Assembly (NCBI GenBank): GCA_049976865.1
Contig: JBMFHK010000001.1
Location: forward strand, 31,259 to 95,258
Length of the DNA stretch: 64,000 bases
Reading direction: 5' to 3'
Source: Solirubrobacteraceae bacterium
GTDB taxonomy: Bacteria > Actinomycetota > Thermoleophilia > Solirubrobacterales > Solirubrobacteraceae
Part shown: one piece after another, positions 8,068-17,538 of the stretch
Layout of the letters: every line of letters begins with the position of its first letter
Numbering within the stretch: the first letter of the stretch is position 1
The notes under the pieces: generated by a model
The model's database searches: none
What the model saw: the letters and a program-made list of their open reading frames with translations, nothing else
What the model was told of the DNA's origin: nothing
Made by a program: the position numbers and the translations under genes

Positions 8068-8526
8068 ATGTCCCCCACCTTTCGCGGCACCTTCGAACAC
8101 ACACTCGATGTGAAGAACCGGCTCACCGTTCCGGCGAAGTACCGCGATGCGCTGGCCGGGAAGGTCATCCTGGCCCTGACGCCGGTGTTCATCGAGGACG
8201 GCTCGCGGTCCCTGTCGATCTGGACGGCGTCCGGCTACGAGGAGTTTGTGGAAGCGGCGCTCAAAGACATGAATCCGCTCTCCCCGATCGCGCAGGACCT
8301 GAGCGAGTGGCTAAACGCCAACGCTTGGGATACGGAGATGGACTCCGCAAACCGGTTGATGATCCCCGGTTTCGCCAAGCAGTTTGCTGGTCTGGAGAAG
8401 GATGTTGTGGTGACTGGCGCTGGTTCCTGTCTGCGGATTTGGGACCGTGCCGCTTACACCAGTCACAGTGCACGTGTGCTGGCCCGTTTCCCGGCGATCG
8501 GCAACCGCTTTGACCACGCTGATTGA
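8068..8526 (+). CDS. mraZ: transcriptional regulator MraZ
   Basis: Starts MSPTFRGTFEHTLDVKNRLTVPAKYR and has a second SpoVT-AbrB repeat (DSANRLMIPGFAK). It is the first gene of the dcw cluster. Confidence 0.95.
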   Translation: MSPTFRGTFEHTLDVKNRLTVPAKYRDALAGKVILALTPVFIEDGSRSLSIWTASGYEEFVEAALKDMNPLSPIAQDLSEWLNANAWDTEMDSANRLMIPGFAKQFAGLEKDVVVTGAGSCLRIWDRAAYTSHSARVLARFPAIGNRFDHAD

Positions 8527-8527
8527 C

Positions 8528-9463
8528 ATGACGACCCCACACGTCCCCGTGCTGGCGGGTGAGCTGATCGAGTTGCTCGACCCTGCGCCGGGATCGGTCG
8601 CGGTCGACTGTACGGTTGGAGGCGCTGGCCACGCGCGTCTGATCGCTGGTCGTATCGGCGGGCAGGGGACGATGATCGGCATCGACCGCGACTCTCTTGC
8701 GCGGGAGCGTTTCGCCGATCTCGCACAGGATGGTGTCTGCCATACGCGATTTGTTGCAGCGGACTTTGTCACCGGCCTAAAGCAACTTCGCAGCGAAGGC
8801 GTCCGTGCCGACCTGGTCTACATGGATCTCGGCGTGTCGTCGATGCAGATCGATACCTGGGAGCGCGGCTTTTCCTACGCCTACGACGCGCCGCTGGACA
8901 TGCGCATGGACGTGGCACAGGATCTCACCGCTGCTGAGATCGTTAATTCCTGGGACGAACGGCGCTTGGCGAGCGTATTGCGCGACTACGGAGAGGAACG
9001 CTACGCCCGTCAAATCGCCCATGCGATCGTCCGTGCCAGGAGCCGTGAGCCGCTGGACTCGACCCAGCAACTTGTTGAAGTCATCAAATCAGCGGTGCCG
9101 GTTCCGGCCCGGTTCGCTTCTGGACACCCGGCCAAGCGGAGCTTCCAGGCTCTGCGGATCGCCGTCAACGATGAGCTCGGGCAGATCCAGCAGGCGCTCC
9201 CGGTTGCATGGGAGATCCTTGTCAAAGGCGGGCGTCTTGGTGTGATCTCCTTCCATTCCCTGGAGGACCGTCTTGTCAAGCGCTTCCTGGCGGAGCGAGC
9301 GCGCGGCTGTGTGTGCCCGCCAGGACTGCCGATCTGTGTGTGCGGCCATGAGGCTGATGCCGAGCTTCTCACCAAGCGGGTTGTGACTCCCACGGCTGGC
9401 GAGATCGCCGCCAACCCTCGCTGCAAGTCGGGTCGCCTCAGGGTCGCTCGGAAGGTGCTGTGA
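8528..9463 (+). CDS. rsmH: 16S rRNA (cytosine1402-N4)-methyltransferase RsmH/MraW
   Basis: Motifs HVPVLAGE, DCTVGGAGHA and SFHSLEDR. The start ATG at 8528 lies 1 nt after the mraZ stop. Confidence 0.95.
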   Translation: MTTPHVPVLAGELIELLDPAPGSVAVDCTVGGAGHARLIAGRIGGQGTMIGIDRDSLARERFADLAQDGVCHTRFVAADFVTGLKQLRSEGVRADLVYMDLGVSSMQIDTWERGFSYAYDAPLDMRMDVAQDLTAAEIVNSWDERRLASVLRDYGEERYARQIAHAIVRARSREPLDSTQQLVEVIKSAVPVPARFASGHPAKRSFQALRIAVNDELGQIQQALPVAWEILVKGGRLGVISFHSLEDRLVKRFLAERARGCVCPPGLPICVCGHEADAELLTKRVVTPTAGEIAANPRCKSGRLRVARKVL

Positions 9464-9467
9464 GAGC

Positions 9468-10739
9468 ATGCCTCCCGCTGCCGCAACAGCCGCCGCCCGC
9501 GCCCGCCGAGCCCCCGCCGCACCTCCGAAGCCACGTCCTATGGCCCGTACGGCGGCGTCTGCATCCGCGCCTGCGAGGCCACGTCCCATGGCCCGTACGA
9601 CCCCAGCTGTCCTAGCTCGCCCGTCTCGCCAGGTCGGTTCGGCCGCGGTTGCCTTTGAGGCGATGCCGGTGCCCATGCCGTCACCGGTTGCTTACCCGCG
9701 TGGGTCGGTTCTCGCTGGCGTGCCCGCATTTCCCATTGGGCCTGCGGCGCCGGGACGTCCGGTTCCTCGGCGACCGTTTCGTCCCGACCCTCGACATCCG
9801 CACCGTCCTGACGCTCCAGGCGGCGGCGAGCATGTCCGATTGCCGCGTCACCGCCGGTCAGCCGACACGCTGCCCAGAGTTGACAGGCCGGCCGGTCGCA
9901 GGGCCACACTGCTGGACCGCTTTGTACGCGGCCGGGCTTGGATACCCCTATTTGGCGCGATGCTGGTAGCGGTGGTAGGCATGCGCGTGGAGATTCTGAA
10001 GCTGTCCTCACGCACTGGTCTACAGGTGCAGCAAGCAGCCGCCCTGGAGAGCAGCAACGCGATTCTGCGCTCCACTGTCACCCAACTGTCCGGCAACCAG
10101 CGGATCGAACTGCTTGCGCAGCGGCTCGGCATGGTGATGCCAGGCCCGATGGACGTTCACTTCGTGTCGGCAACCAGCGGTAACCATGTTCTGGCCGCCA
10201 TCAAGAACATCCGGTCGCCTGCCCCGAGCACGTTTCTGCGTGGTCTGGCAAGCGAGCGTGCCGCGGACGGCTTGAGTGTCATAGCCGCCGTGGGCCACAG
10301 TGCGGTTGGCATCCTGGCGACCAGCACGGTCAGCACCGGCCCGGTTGGTTCACAAACCTCTGCCGCTGCCGGCACAACCGCAGCCTCTCCTGCCTCCAGC
10401 CCCAGCGCCACCGCGGCCAGCGGCGCATCCACTGCGCCCGTCAGTCCCTCAGCAAGTGCTGGGTCTGTTAGCGCTGCCTCCGGCAGCCAGGTTGGGGGCG
10501 CCAGCTCGTCCGGCGCGGTTCAAGGGTCTGGCGCTGCGACCAGTTCTGGGTCCAGTGTGAATGGCGCCGGCTCCGTGCAGGCTGCGGCAGGCACAACGGC
10601 AGCTGCGAGCGCCTCAGGCCCGGGTCCCGGGAACCAGACCACCAGCGCCCCTGTGAACGCCTCGCCGTCGGGTGTGGCCGGGAGCAGCGCAGCCCAGGTG
10701 GCAGGATCCACGACGGGTGGCACGTCGCTGGGCGGGTGA
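9468..10739 (+). CDS. ftsL: FtsL-like septation protein with long low-complexity extensions (423 aa)
   Basis: It sits in the positional slot between rsmH and ftsI. It has a single TM (WIPLFGAMLVAVVGMRV) followed by a coiled-coil-like segment (EILKLSSRTGLQVQQAAALESSNAILRSTVTQL). The N-terminus is Pro/Arg/Ala-rich (~165 aa) and the C-terminal tail is Ser/Ala/Gly/Thr-rich (~200 aa). Confidence 0.65.
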   Translation: MPPAAATAAARARRAPAAPPKPRPMARTAASASAPARPRPMARTTPAVLARPSRQVGSAAVAFEAMPVPMPSPVAYPRGSVLAGVPAFPIGPAAPGRPVPRRPFRPDPRHPHRPDAPGGGEHVRLPRHRRSADTLPRVDRPAGRRATLLDRFVRGRAWIPLFGAMLVAVVGMRVEILKLSSRTGLQVQQAAALESSNAILRSTVTQLSGNQRIELLAQRLGMVMPGPMDVHFVSATSGNHVLAAIKNIRSPAPSTFLRGLASERAADGLSVIAAVGHSAVGILATSTVSTGPVGSQTSAAAGTTAASPASSPSATAASGASTAPVSPSASAGSVSAASGSQVGGASSSGAVQGSGAATSSGSSVNGAGSVQAAAGTTAAASASGPGPGNQTTSAPVNASPSGVAGSSAAQVAGSTTGGTSLGG

Positions 10740-12508
10740 GTATGGCTGCTAGCGCCCCACGCAGGACAATCGATGTGATTGACCGCCGGATCGGTTTGCT
10801 GTTCGGCCTGTTCGTCCTGCTGTTGCTGGCTGGGATCCTGCGTGCCGGCTACCTGGGCCTGCTGCGGGGCAGCGCCTTGCGCGCCGCCGCTGTCAGCGAA
10901 CAGGTCCAGACCACCGTTATACCCGCACAGCGCGGCGAGATCACCGATCGGAGCGGAACTCCGCTCGCGCTCAGCGAGCCTACTGATCTGGTCACCGTCG
11001 ACCCCTACCTGATCAGGTCGACCTACAAAAACCCGCAAAAGATCGCCGCCGCGCTGGCGCCACTGATTGGCATGCCGCCGACTGCGACGCTGGCAGCGAT
11101 CACCAAACCGCGTACCGGGTACGTCAAGCTGGGTGAGTATGTGCCGGCGGCGTCAGCGGCCAAGATCATGGCGCTGGGCATCAACGGCATCAACGACTAC
11201 CCGACCGAGCGTCGGCTTTACCCGGGAGGGACCGAGGCAGCTCAGGTGGTCGGCTGGGCAGGTGATCACGACAACGGTCTGACAGGTATCGAGGGTCTCT
11301 TCAACCCACAGCTAGCCGGCGTCAGCGGTATTCGCCGCACCGTGCTGGACGGGCAGGGCAAGCCCATATCGGTGACGAGCACCAAGCCGATGATTCCCGG
11401 GGAAAACATCCAACTGACGCTCTCCGGCCCGCTGCAGGCTGAGGTCGAACAGGTGATCGACGCTGTTGGCAACAAGTATCACGCCCAGGGTGTCACAGCG
11501 ATCGTTTCCGACCCGCAGACCGACCAGCTTTTGGCGGTGGCCAACTGGCCGCAGGTGAACGCCAGCGATCCGGCAGCAACCGCGTTCCAGTCGGTCAACG
11601 GCCATGTTCCCGCCGCTGAAGACCAGGCCGTGGACATGTCCTACGAACCCGGATCAACGTTCAAGGTGGTGACCGTCGGCGGCGCGCTGCAGGAGGGGCT
11701 GGTCACACCCAGTTCGCCTTTCACGATCCCACCGTACCTGTCGGCGTACGGGAAACAGATCTACGACGCGGAGATGCACGGTACCGAGACGCTCACCGTC
11801 GCCCAGATCCTGAAAGTGTCCAGCAACATCGGTGCGGATCTGATCGCTCGCCGCCTCGGACCGGTGAGTTTCGCCAGGTGGGTCAAGAGGTTTGGTTTTG
11901 GCCGGGCGACCGGCGTGGATCTCCCCGGTGAGCAGATCGGCATCGTTTTGCCAGAGAGCAAGTACAACGGCCTGTCGATGTACAACATGCCGTTTGGTCA
12001 GGGCGTGTCAGTGACGCCCATGCAAATGGTCCAGGCCTATGACGCGGTCGCTGACGGCGGCATCCTGCGCACACCGCAGATCATCGAATCGATCGGCGGC
12101 CGGCGGGTGCGAGCGCCTCACGGCAGAAGGATCGTCTCCGCACGCGTGGCCCGGCAGCTGCGTGGGATGTTGCGAGGCGTGCTCACCGATGGTGGGACCG
12201 CCTCCGGTGCCGCAATTCCCGGTTATGACATGGCCGGCAAGACCGGTACGGCACAGGTCGCCGTCGACGGCAAGTACTCAGCCACCGAGTTCATCGCCTC
12301 CTTCATCGGCATGGTTCCGGCCAGCGATCCGAAACTTGTCGTGGCGGTGGTGGTCAACGATCCTCAGGGGGTCATTTACGGCGGCTCGGTCGCAGCCCCA
12401 GCGTTTCAGCAGATAGTTGGCTGGGCCGTCCCGCACTTCGGGATCGACCCGTGTCCGGCGCCGTGCCCCGCGTCCGCCTTTTCATCTGCCGCGCCCAACA
12501 GCCTGTAG
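10736..12508 (+). CDS. ftsI: class B penicillin-binding protein / peptidoglycan D,D-transpeptidase FtsI
   Basis: N-terminal TM segment, then the motifs STFKVV (SxxK), SSN and KTGT. Confidence 0.9.
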   Translation: MSMAASAPRRTIDVIDRRIGLLFGLFVLLLLAGILRAGYLGLLRGSALRAAAVSEQVQTTVIPAQRGEITDRSGTPLALSEPTDLVTVDPYLIRSTYKNPQKIAAALAPLIGMPPTATLAAITKPRTGYVKLGEYVPAASAAKIMALGINGINDYPTERRLYPGGTEAAQVVGWAGDHDNGLTGIEGLFNPQLAGVSGIRRTVLDGQGKPISVTSTKPMIPGENIQLTLSGPLQAEVEQVIDAVGNKYHAQGVTAIVSDPQTDQLLAVANWPQVNASDPAATAFQSVNGHVPAAEDQAVDMSYEPGSTFKVVTVGGALQEGLVTPSSPFTIPPYLSAYGKQIYDAEMHGTETLTVAQILKVSSNIGADLIARRLGPVSFARWVKRFGFGRATGVDLPGEQIGIVLPESKYNGLSMYNMPFGQGVSVTPMQMVQAYDAVADGGILRTPQIIESIGGRRVRAPHGRRIVSARVARQLRGMLRGVLTDGGTASGAAIPGYDMAGKTGTAQVAVDGKYSATEFIASFIGMVPASDPKLVVAVVVNDPQGVIYGGSVAAPAFQQIVGWAVPHFGIDPCPAPCPASAFSSAAPNSL

Positions 12509-12651
12509 GTGCAGAGCACAGCGATGCACTCGCCGCACCTTGCCGCTCACGACACCGAAGCGTCTGTATGTGTTGGACCTGAAGGGTGGCGTGGGCAAAG
12601 CCGGGGGCGCGAGCCCCGTGGCCGGGCTGCTGCAGCTACGCTCTGGCGCCG

Positions 12652-14079
12652 ATGGAACTGAATGCTCTGTTCCCGGGCGCGCCACCCGGTGTCACTGTTA
12701 CCGGCCTGGCCTACGACAACCGCTCGGTACGAGCCGGGGACCTGTTCTTCTGTGTGCCCGGTTTCACGCGTGACGGCCATGACTTTGCAGCGGCGGCGGT
12801 GGCGGCTGGCGCCGTTGCCCTAGTTGCCGACCATCCACTCAAGATCGATGTGCCGCAGGTTGTGGTGGCTGATGTGCGGCGTTCCATGGGGCCGGCTGCT
12901 GCCGCGTTCTTTGGGGATCCGACGGCGTTGCTGCAGCTTGCCGGGGTGACCGGCACCAACGGCAAGACCACCACTGCCTACCTGATCCGGGCGATGTTGG
13001 AGGCAGCCGGACGTCAGACCGGCATGCTCGGTACGGTCAAGAGCGTGATAGCCCGAGTCGAGTCTGACGTGCAGCGGACCACGCCGGAGGGGATCGATCT
13101 GCAGAGGTCGTTGCGGGCGATGGTGGACGGCGGCGACCGTGCGTGTGTGATGGAGGTCTCATCTCATGCGCTCGCTCTGGGTCGGGTCGAGGGGTGCCAC
13201 TTCGATGTCGGCATCTTTACGAACCTGACCCAGGACCACCTTGATTTCCACCCCACCATGGAGGACTACTTCCTTGCCAAGCGCCGGCTTTTTCTAGACG
13301 GCGCAAGCTCCGTTACGTTGGCCAATGTCGACGATCCTTACGGCGCGAGACTTGCCGCCGATCCGGCGATCAGCAACGTCATCCGGTTTGGGCTTGGGCG
13401 TCATGCAGCTGACTACAGTGCAAGCAACCTGCGCGCCTCGCGTCATGGGACCGACTTCACGCTCGCCACGCCCGAAGGCACGGTGGATGTTCACTCACCG
13501 TTGCGCGGCCGGTTCAACGTTTATAACGCGCTTGGCGCGATCGGCGCGGCCCGAGCGCTCGGTGTGACGCTGGCCGAAGCGGTCAAGGCGCTGGCAGATG
13601 CCGGGCAGGTCCCGGGACGCTTTCAGACGGTTGATGAGGGTCAGCCCTTTGCTGTGGTGGTTGACTACGCTCATACTCCGGATTCGCTTGAGAACGTGCT
13701 GCGCGCCGCCCGGAACCTGGACGCTGGACGGGTGATTGTCGTGTTTGGCTGCGGCGGCGACCGGGACCGCGGCAAACGGCCGTTGATGGGAGAGATCGCC
13801 AGTCGTCTGGCTGACGAGGTGATCATCACCTCCGACAACCCGCGATCAGAGGATCCGCAGGCAATCATCGCTGAGATTCTCGCCGGTGCCAGCAGAAAAG
13901 TTGACCACCAGGTGGACCGTCAGAAGGCGATCACCGCGGCGATCGGCCGGGCACGCAAAGGCGACGTGGTGGTGATTGCCGGCAAGGGGCATGAGCGGGG
14001 CCAAGAGTTTGAGGCCGGCCGGAAAGTTCCCTTTGACGACGTTGTGGTGGCACGTCAAGCGCTGCGGATGCAGCGCTGA
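12652..14079 (+). CDS. murE: UDP-MurNAc-L-Ala-D-Glu:meso-diaminopimelate ligase
   Basis: Motifs GVTGTNGKTTT and DNPR (TSDNPRSEDP). I placed the start at ATG 12652 (MELNALFPG); the longest ORF begins at 12586. Confidence 0.9.
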   Translation: MELNALFPGAPPGVTVTGLAYDNRSVRAGDLFFCVPGFTRDGHDFAAAAVAAGAVALVADHPLKIDVPQVVVADVRRSMGPAAAAFFGDPTALLQLAGVTGTNGKTTTAYLIRAMLEAAGRQTGMLGTVKSVIARVESDVQRTTPEGIDLQRSLRAMVDGGDRACVMEVSSHALALGRVEGCHFDVGIFTNLTQDHLDFHPTMEDYFLAKRRLFLDGASSVTLANVDDPYGARLAADPAISNVIRFGLGRHAADYSASNLRASRHGTDFTLATPEGTVDVHSPLRGRFNVYNALGAIGAARALGVTLAEAVKALADAGQVPGRFQTVDEGQPFAVVVDYAHTPDSLENVLRAARNLDAGRVIVVFGCGGDRDRGKRPLMGEIASRLADEVIITSDNPRSEDPQAIIAEILAGASRKVDHQVDRQKAITAAIGRARKGDVVVIAGKGHERGQEFEAGRKVPFDDVVVARQALRMQR

Positions 14080-14087
14080 GTGAGAGC

Positions 14088-15215
14088 GTGAAGTTGATGC
14101 TGCAAGCGGTTCTCAGCCACGGTTTCAGCGACCAGTCTGAGGCCGGACGGGTGCTGATCTCAAGCTCCACCGCGTTGCTGATGTGCCTGTTTTTGAGCCC
14201 GCGCTTCATCCGTTTCCTGAGGGAACGGCGCATGGGGCAGAACATCCGCGAGGAAGGGCCGGAAGGCCACAAGGTCAAAGCCGGGACACCAACGATGGGC
14301 GGCATCATCATCGTCATCGCGTTTGGTGTGCCGTACCTGCTTCTGTCCACTCGCGACTGGGCGTCGCTTGGTGTGTTCGGCGCCACGGTCGCCTCGGCGC
14401 TGCTGGGGTTCGCCGACGATTACATCAAGATCGTCAAACGCAGATCGCTGGGGCTGCGCGGCCGCACCAAGATGATCGCTCTGGCGCTGATCTCCATCGG
14501 GCTGTGGTGGATTGCAAGGTACAAGGCTGGTGTGTCGGACTCCATCTCGCTGCATCCGATTGGCTCAAGCGTCGATCTGGGACCGTTCTTCGTGCCGTTC
14601 ATCTGGCTGGTGTTTGCCGGCACGACCAATGCGGTGAACCTGACTGACGGCGTTGATGGCTTGGCGGCCGGCAGCGGTGCAATCGCTCTGCTTGTCTATG
14701 TCGGGATCGCGTTTGTCAGCGGCCCGCGCGCCCACGACCTGGAGCTGGCGGCCGGCTGCATGTCGGGGGCGGCGGTGGGCTTTCTTTGGTTTAACAGTTT
14801 TCCGGCAAGCGTGTTCATGGGGGACACCGGTTCGCTGGCGATCGGGGGAGCGATCGCCGCTCTGGCGGTGATGACCGACACAGAGCTGCTGCTGGTGGTG
14901 ATCGGCGGCATCTTCGTGATCGAGGCACTGTCTGTGCTGATCCAGGTGTTCTCGTTCCGGGTCTGGCACAAGCGGGTCTTTAAAATGGCGCCGATCCACC
15001 ATCACTTCGAGCTGGAAGCCTGGTCGGAAACCAAGATCACACTGCGATTCTGGATTGTGGCCGCCGCCTGTGGTGCGGTTGGCTTCACGCTCTTCCAGAT
15101 CTCTGGCGAGAAGCCGTTGACTCGGCCCGCTGGCCGAGTCACACCGGCTGCCCACGTGGTCCACGGACACGGCACGCCAAGCTCAAAAGGCATTCCCGAG
15201 CGCACGTCGAACTAA
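14088..15215 (+). CDS. mraY: phospho-N-acetylmuramoyl-pentapeptide transferase
   Basis: Motifs GQNIREEGPEGHKVKAGTPTMGG, NAVNLTDGVDGLA and APIHHHFE. Confidence 0.95.
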   Translation: MKLMLQAVLSHGFSDQSEAGRVLISSSTALLMCLFLSPRFIRFLRERRMGQNIREEGPEGHKVKAGTPTMGGIIIVIAFGVPYLLLSTRDWASLGVFGATVASALLGFADDYIKIVKRRSLGLRGRTKMIALALISIGLWWIARYKAGVSDSISLHPIGSSVDLGPFFVPFIWLVFAGTTNAVNLTDGVDGLAAGSGAIALLVYVGIAFVSGPRAHDLELAAGCMSGAAVGFLWFNSFPASVFMGDTGSLAIGGAIAALAVMTDTELLLVVIGGIFVIEALSVLIQVFSFRVWHKRVFKMAPIHHHFELEAWSETKITLRFWIVAAACGAVGFTLFQISGEKPLTRPAGRVTPAAHVVHGHGTPSSKGIPERTSN

Positions 15216-15221
15216 TCAGCG

Positions 15222-16502
15222 ATGCAGGCACGCTCAGCTCGCCGCCGAACCACCAGAAGGGTGGCGCCGCCGCTGGAGCACCGCATCCTGCTGACCGCCA
15301 CGCTGTGTCTGATCGCCTTTGGGGCTGTGATGGTCTACAGCGCCTCCTCACCAGACGGGGTGATCAACGGTGGCGGCTATGGAATCACGGACTTCGTCCA
15401 CTACCTGGTGGCGGCGGTGCTCGGCTTGACCGCGATGCGTCTCTTTGAGCAGTACGGCCTGAGCTGGTTTAACGAGACCAACGTGCGGCTGCTGCTGTAC
15501 GTCACCTTTGGTCTCATGCTGGCAGTACTGGTGCCTGGCATCGGCCGGGATGTCAACGGCGCGCGCCGCTGGTTTGCGTTCGGGCCTCTGGAGTTTCAGC
15601 CGTCCGAACTGATGAAACTGTCACTGGTGCTCTACGTGTCACGCTACCTTGCGGACCATCCAAAACGCTTGAACCTGCCTTTCCGTGCGGCGCTTGCGCC
15701 CATCGCGGTGGTCCTAGCACCGGCGTGCGGGCTGATGGTGCTGGAGCCGGACCTTGGCACCACCCTGCTGGTGGTTTTCACGATCGTTTCACTGCTGGTA
15801 GCGGCGGGGATCCCGTTCGGTCACCTCGCCCGGATCGTGCTGGTGGTAATCGGGCTGGTAGCTGTCATGGCGGTGCTGCGCCCCTATCAGCTCGGTCGTC
15901 TGACATCGTTTTTGCACCCGTTCTCAGTGGCGTCCAGCTCCGGGTGGCAGGCGGTACAGGGGCAGATGGCGGTCGGCTCCGGGGGGTTATCCGGTGTCGG
16001 GCTGGGTCAGTCGGTGGCCAAGGTTCAGTGGCTTCCGGAGGCGCAAACCGATTTCATCCTGGCGGTTGTCGGCGAGGAGCTGGGACTCATCGGCATCCTG
16101 GCCGTGGTCACCTTGTATGGGATGATCGCCTACGCTGGGCTGAGAACCGCAAGGCGTGCGGCGACACGCTACACCAAGCTGCTCGCAGCCGGTCTGACCT
16201 CACTGATTCTGTGCCAGGGCATTCTGAACATCTTCGTTGTATTGGGGATCGCGCCGCTGACCGGCGTGCCCCTACCGTTTATCTCCTATGCGCCCACGAG
16301 CCTGATCGTGATGTTGATGTGCGTGGGGCTGCTGCTGGCAATCGCCAAGCCGGCCGCGCGCGAGTTGCGACTGGTCGATACGGGCGATATCCGCGTGAGC
16401 AGGGCGGTGGCTTATGACAGTGCCGAGGATCCTGATCGCCACCGGCGGTACGGCGGGGCACATCGTTCCGGCGTTGGCAGTCGCCGGGCGTTTGAGAGAT
16501 AG
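15222..16502 (+). CDS. ftsW: SEDS-family peptidoglycan glycosyltransferase FtsW
   Basis: About 10 TM segments, with motifs FQPSELMKL and PEAQTDFILAVVGEELG. It lies between mraY and murG. Confidence 0.9.
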   Translation: MQARSARRRTTRRVAPPLEHRILLTATLCLIAFGAVMVYSASSPDGVINGGGYGITDFVHYLVAAVLGLTAMRLFEQYGLSWFNETNVRLLLYVTFGLMLAVLVPGIGRDVNGARRWFAFGPLEFQPSELMKLSLVLYVSRYLADHPKRLNLPFRAALAPIAVVLAPACGLMVLEPDLGTTLLVVFTIVSLLVAAGIPFGHLARIVLVVIGLVAVMAVLRPYQLGRLTSFLHPFSVASSSGWQAVQGQMAVGSGGLSGVGLGQSVAKVQWLPEAQTDFILAVVGEELGLIGILAVVTLYGMIAYAGLRTARRAATRYTKLLAAGLTSLILCQGILNIFVVLGIAPLTGVPLPFISYAPTSLIVMLMCVGLLLAIAKPAARELRLVDTGDIRVSRAVAYDSAEDPDRHRRYGGAHRSGVGSRRAFER

Positions 16503-17538
16503 CGGCGCCGAGGTGATCTTCGCCGGCGGCGGCCGGGCGGAGGCGCAGATGGTGCCGGAGGCCGGCTACGAGTTCCACCAGCTGCGAGTGGCATCGCTGT
16601 CACGCCGGTCACCGTTGCGCGCTACGAGCGCCGTTGTGGTCGACGCGCTGGCGGTCGCGGCGGCCGCCAGGCTTCTCACACGCGTCCGTCCACGCGCTGT
16701 CTTTGGTGGTGGCGGCTACGCCTCGGGACCGGTTGGGGTTGCCGCTGCGATGTTGCGTGTGCCGTTGGTGATCGCCGAGCTGGACGGCCATCTCGGACTC
16801 ACCAACCGGATGCTTGCGCCGTTGTCCCGGCGTGTGTGTACAGCGCTGCCGCTCGGCGTCGAGAGCCCCCGTTTTGTGATCACTGGACGGCCGATCCCGC
16901 CGATGCCCGCCGATCGAGGTGCCGCACGGGCACGGTTTGGGGTTTCTGCGGGGGAGACGCTGGTGCTGATCTTTGGTGGCTCATTGGGCGCACGCTCGAT
17001 CAACAATGCCGCTCTGGAGGCTTTTGCCGACAGTGACTTTCGCGTGTTGCATGCGGCTGGTGAGCGTGACCTTGCGGCGCTGCGCTCGCCACGCGCAGGG
17101 TACGACTTGAGAGGCTACGTGTCGGGTTTCATGGACGCTATCGTCGCCGCTGATCTGGTGGTGGCTCGCTCGGGCGGTTCGATCTGGGAGATCGCTGCTG
17201 CTGGTCGGCCTTCGATCCTGATCCCGTATCCGCATGCCACGGCAGATCACCAGACAGTCAATGCGGAGTATTTGGCCAACGCTGGAGCTAGCGTGATCAT
17301 CCGGGACGCTGAGTTGGATGCGCGGCGGCTGCGGTTTGAAGTTGATGGCCTACTTGCCGACCGTGAACGTCTTGCGTCGATGCAGCGCGCAGCGCTTGGG
17401 TTGGCGCGGCCGCATGCGGCCGCTGTGGTGGCATCCGAGATTCTGACCGCCGCAGGTCTTGGCTCGCTGGTCGCGCCCGGCGAGCACGTTGCTGAGCTTG
17501 AGCAGGGTGTCGCGGCAAGGGGTCGAGATGGGAGCTGA
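16414..17538 (+). CDS. murG: UDP-GlcNAc:lipid I N-acetylglucosaminyltransferase
   Basis: The N-terminus ILIATGGTAGHIVPALAVA is characteristic, with HQTVNAEYL near the C-terminus. The ATG at 16414 overlaps the ftsW 3' end by 89 nt in another frame. Confidence 0.9.
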   Translation: MTVPRILIATGGTAGHIVPALAVAGRLRDSGAEVIFAGGGRAEAQMVPEAGYEFHQLRVASLSRRSPLRATSAVVVDALAVAAAARLLTRVRPRAVFGGGGYASGPVGVAAAMLRVPLVIAELDGHLGLTNRMLAPLSRRVCTALPLGVESPRFVITGRPIPPMPADRGAARARFGVSAGETLVLIFGGSLGARSINNAALEAFADSDFRVLHAAGERDLAALRSPRAGYDLRGYVSGFMDAIVAADLVVARSGGSIWEIAAAGRPSILIPYPHATADHQTVNAEYLANAGASVIIRDAELDARRLRFEVDGLLADRERLASMQRAALGLARPHAAAVVASEILTAAGLGSLVAPGEHVAELEQGVAARGRDGS

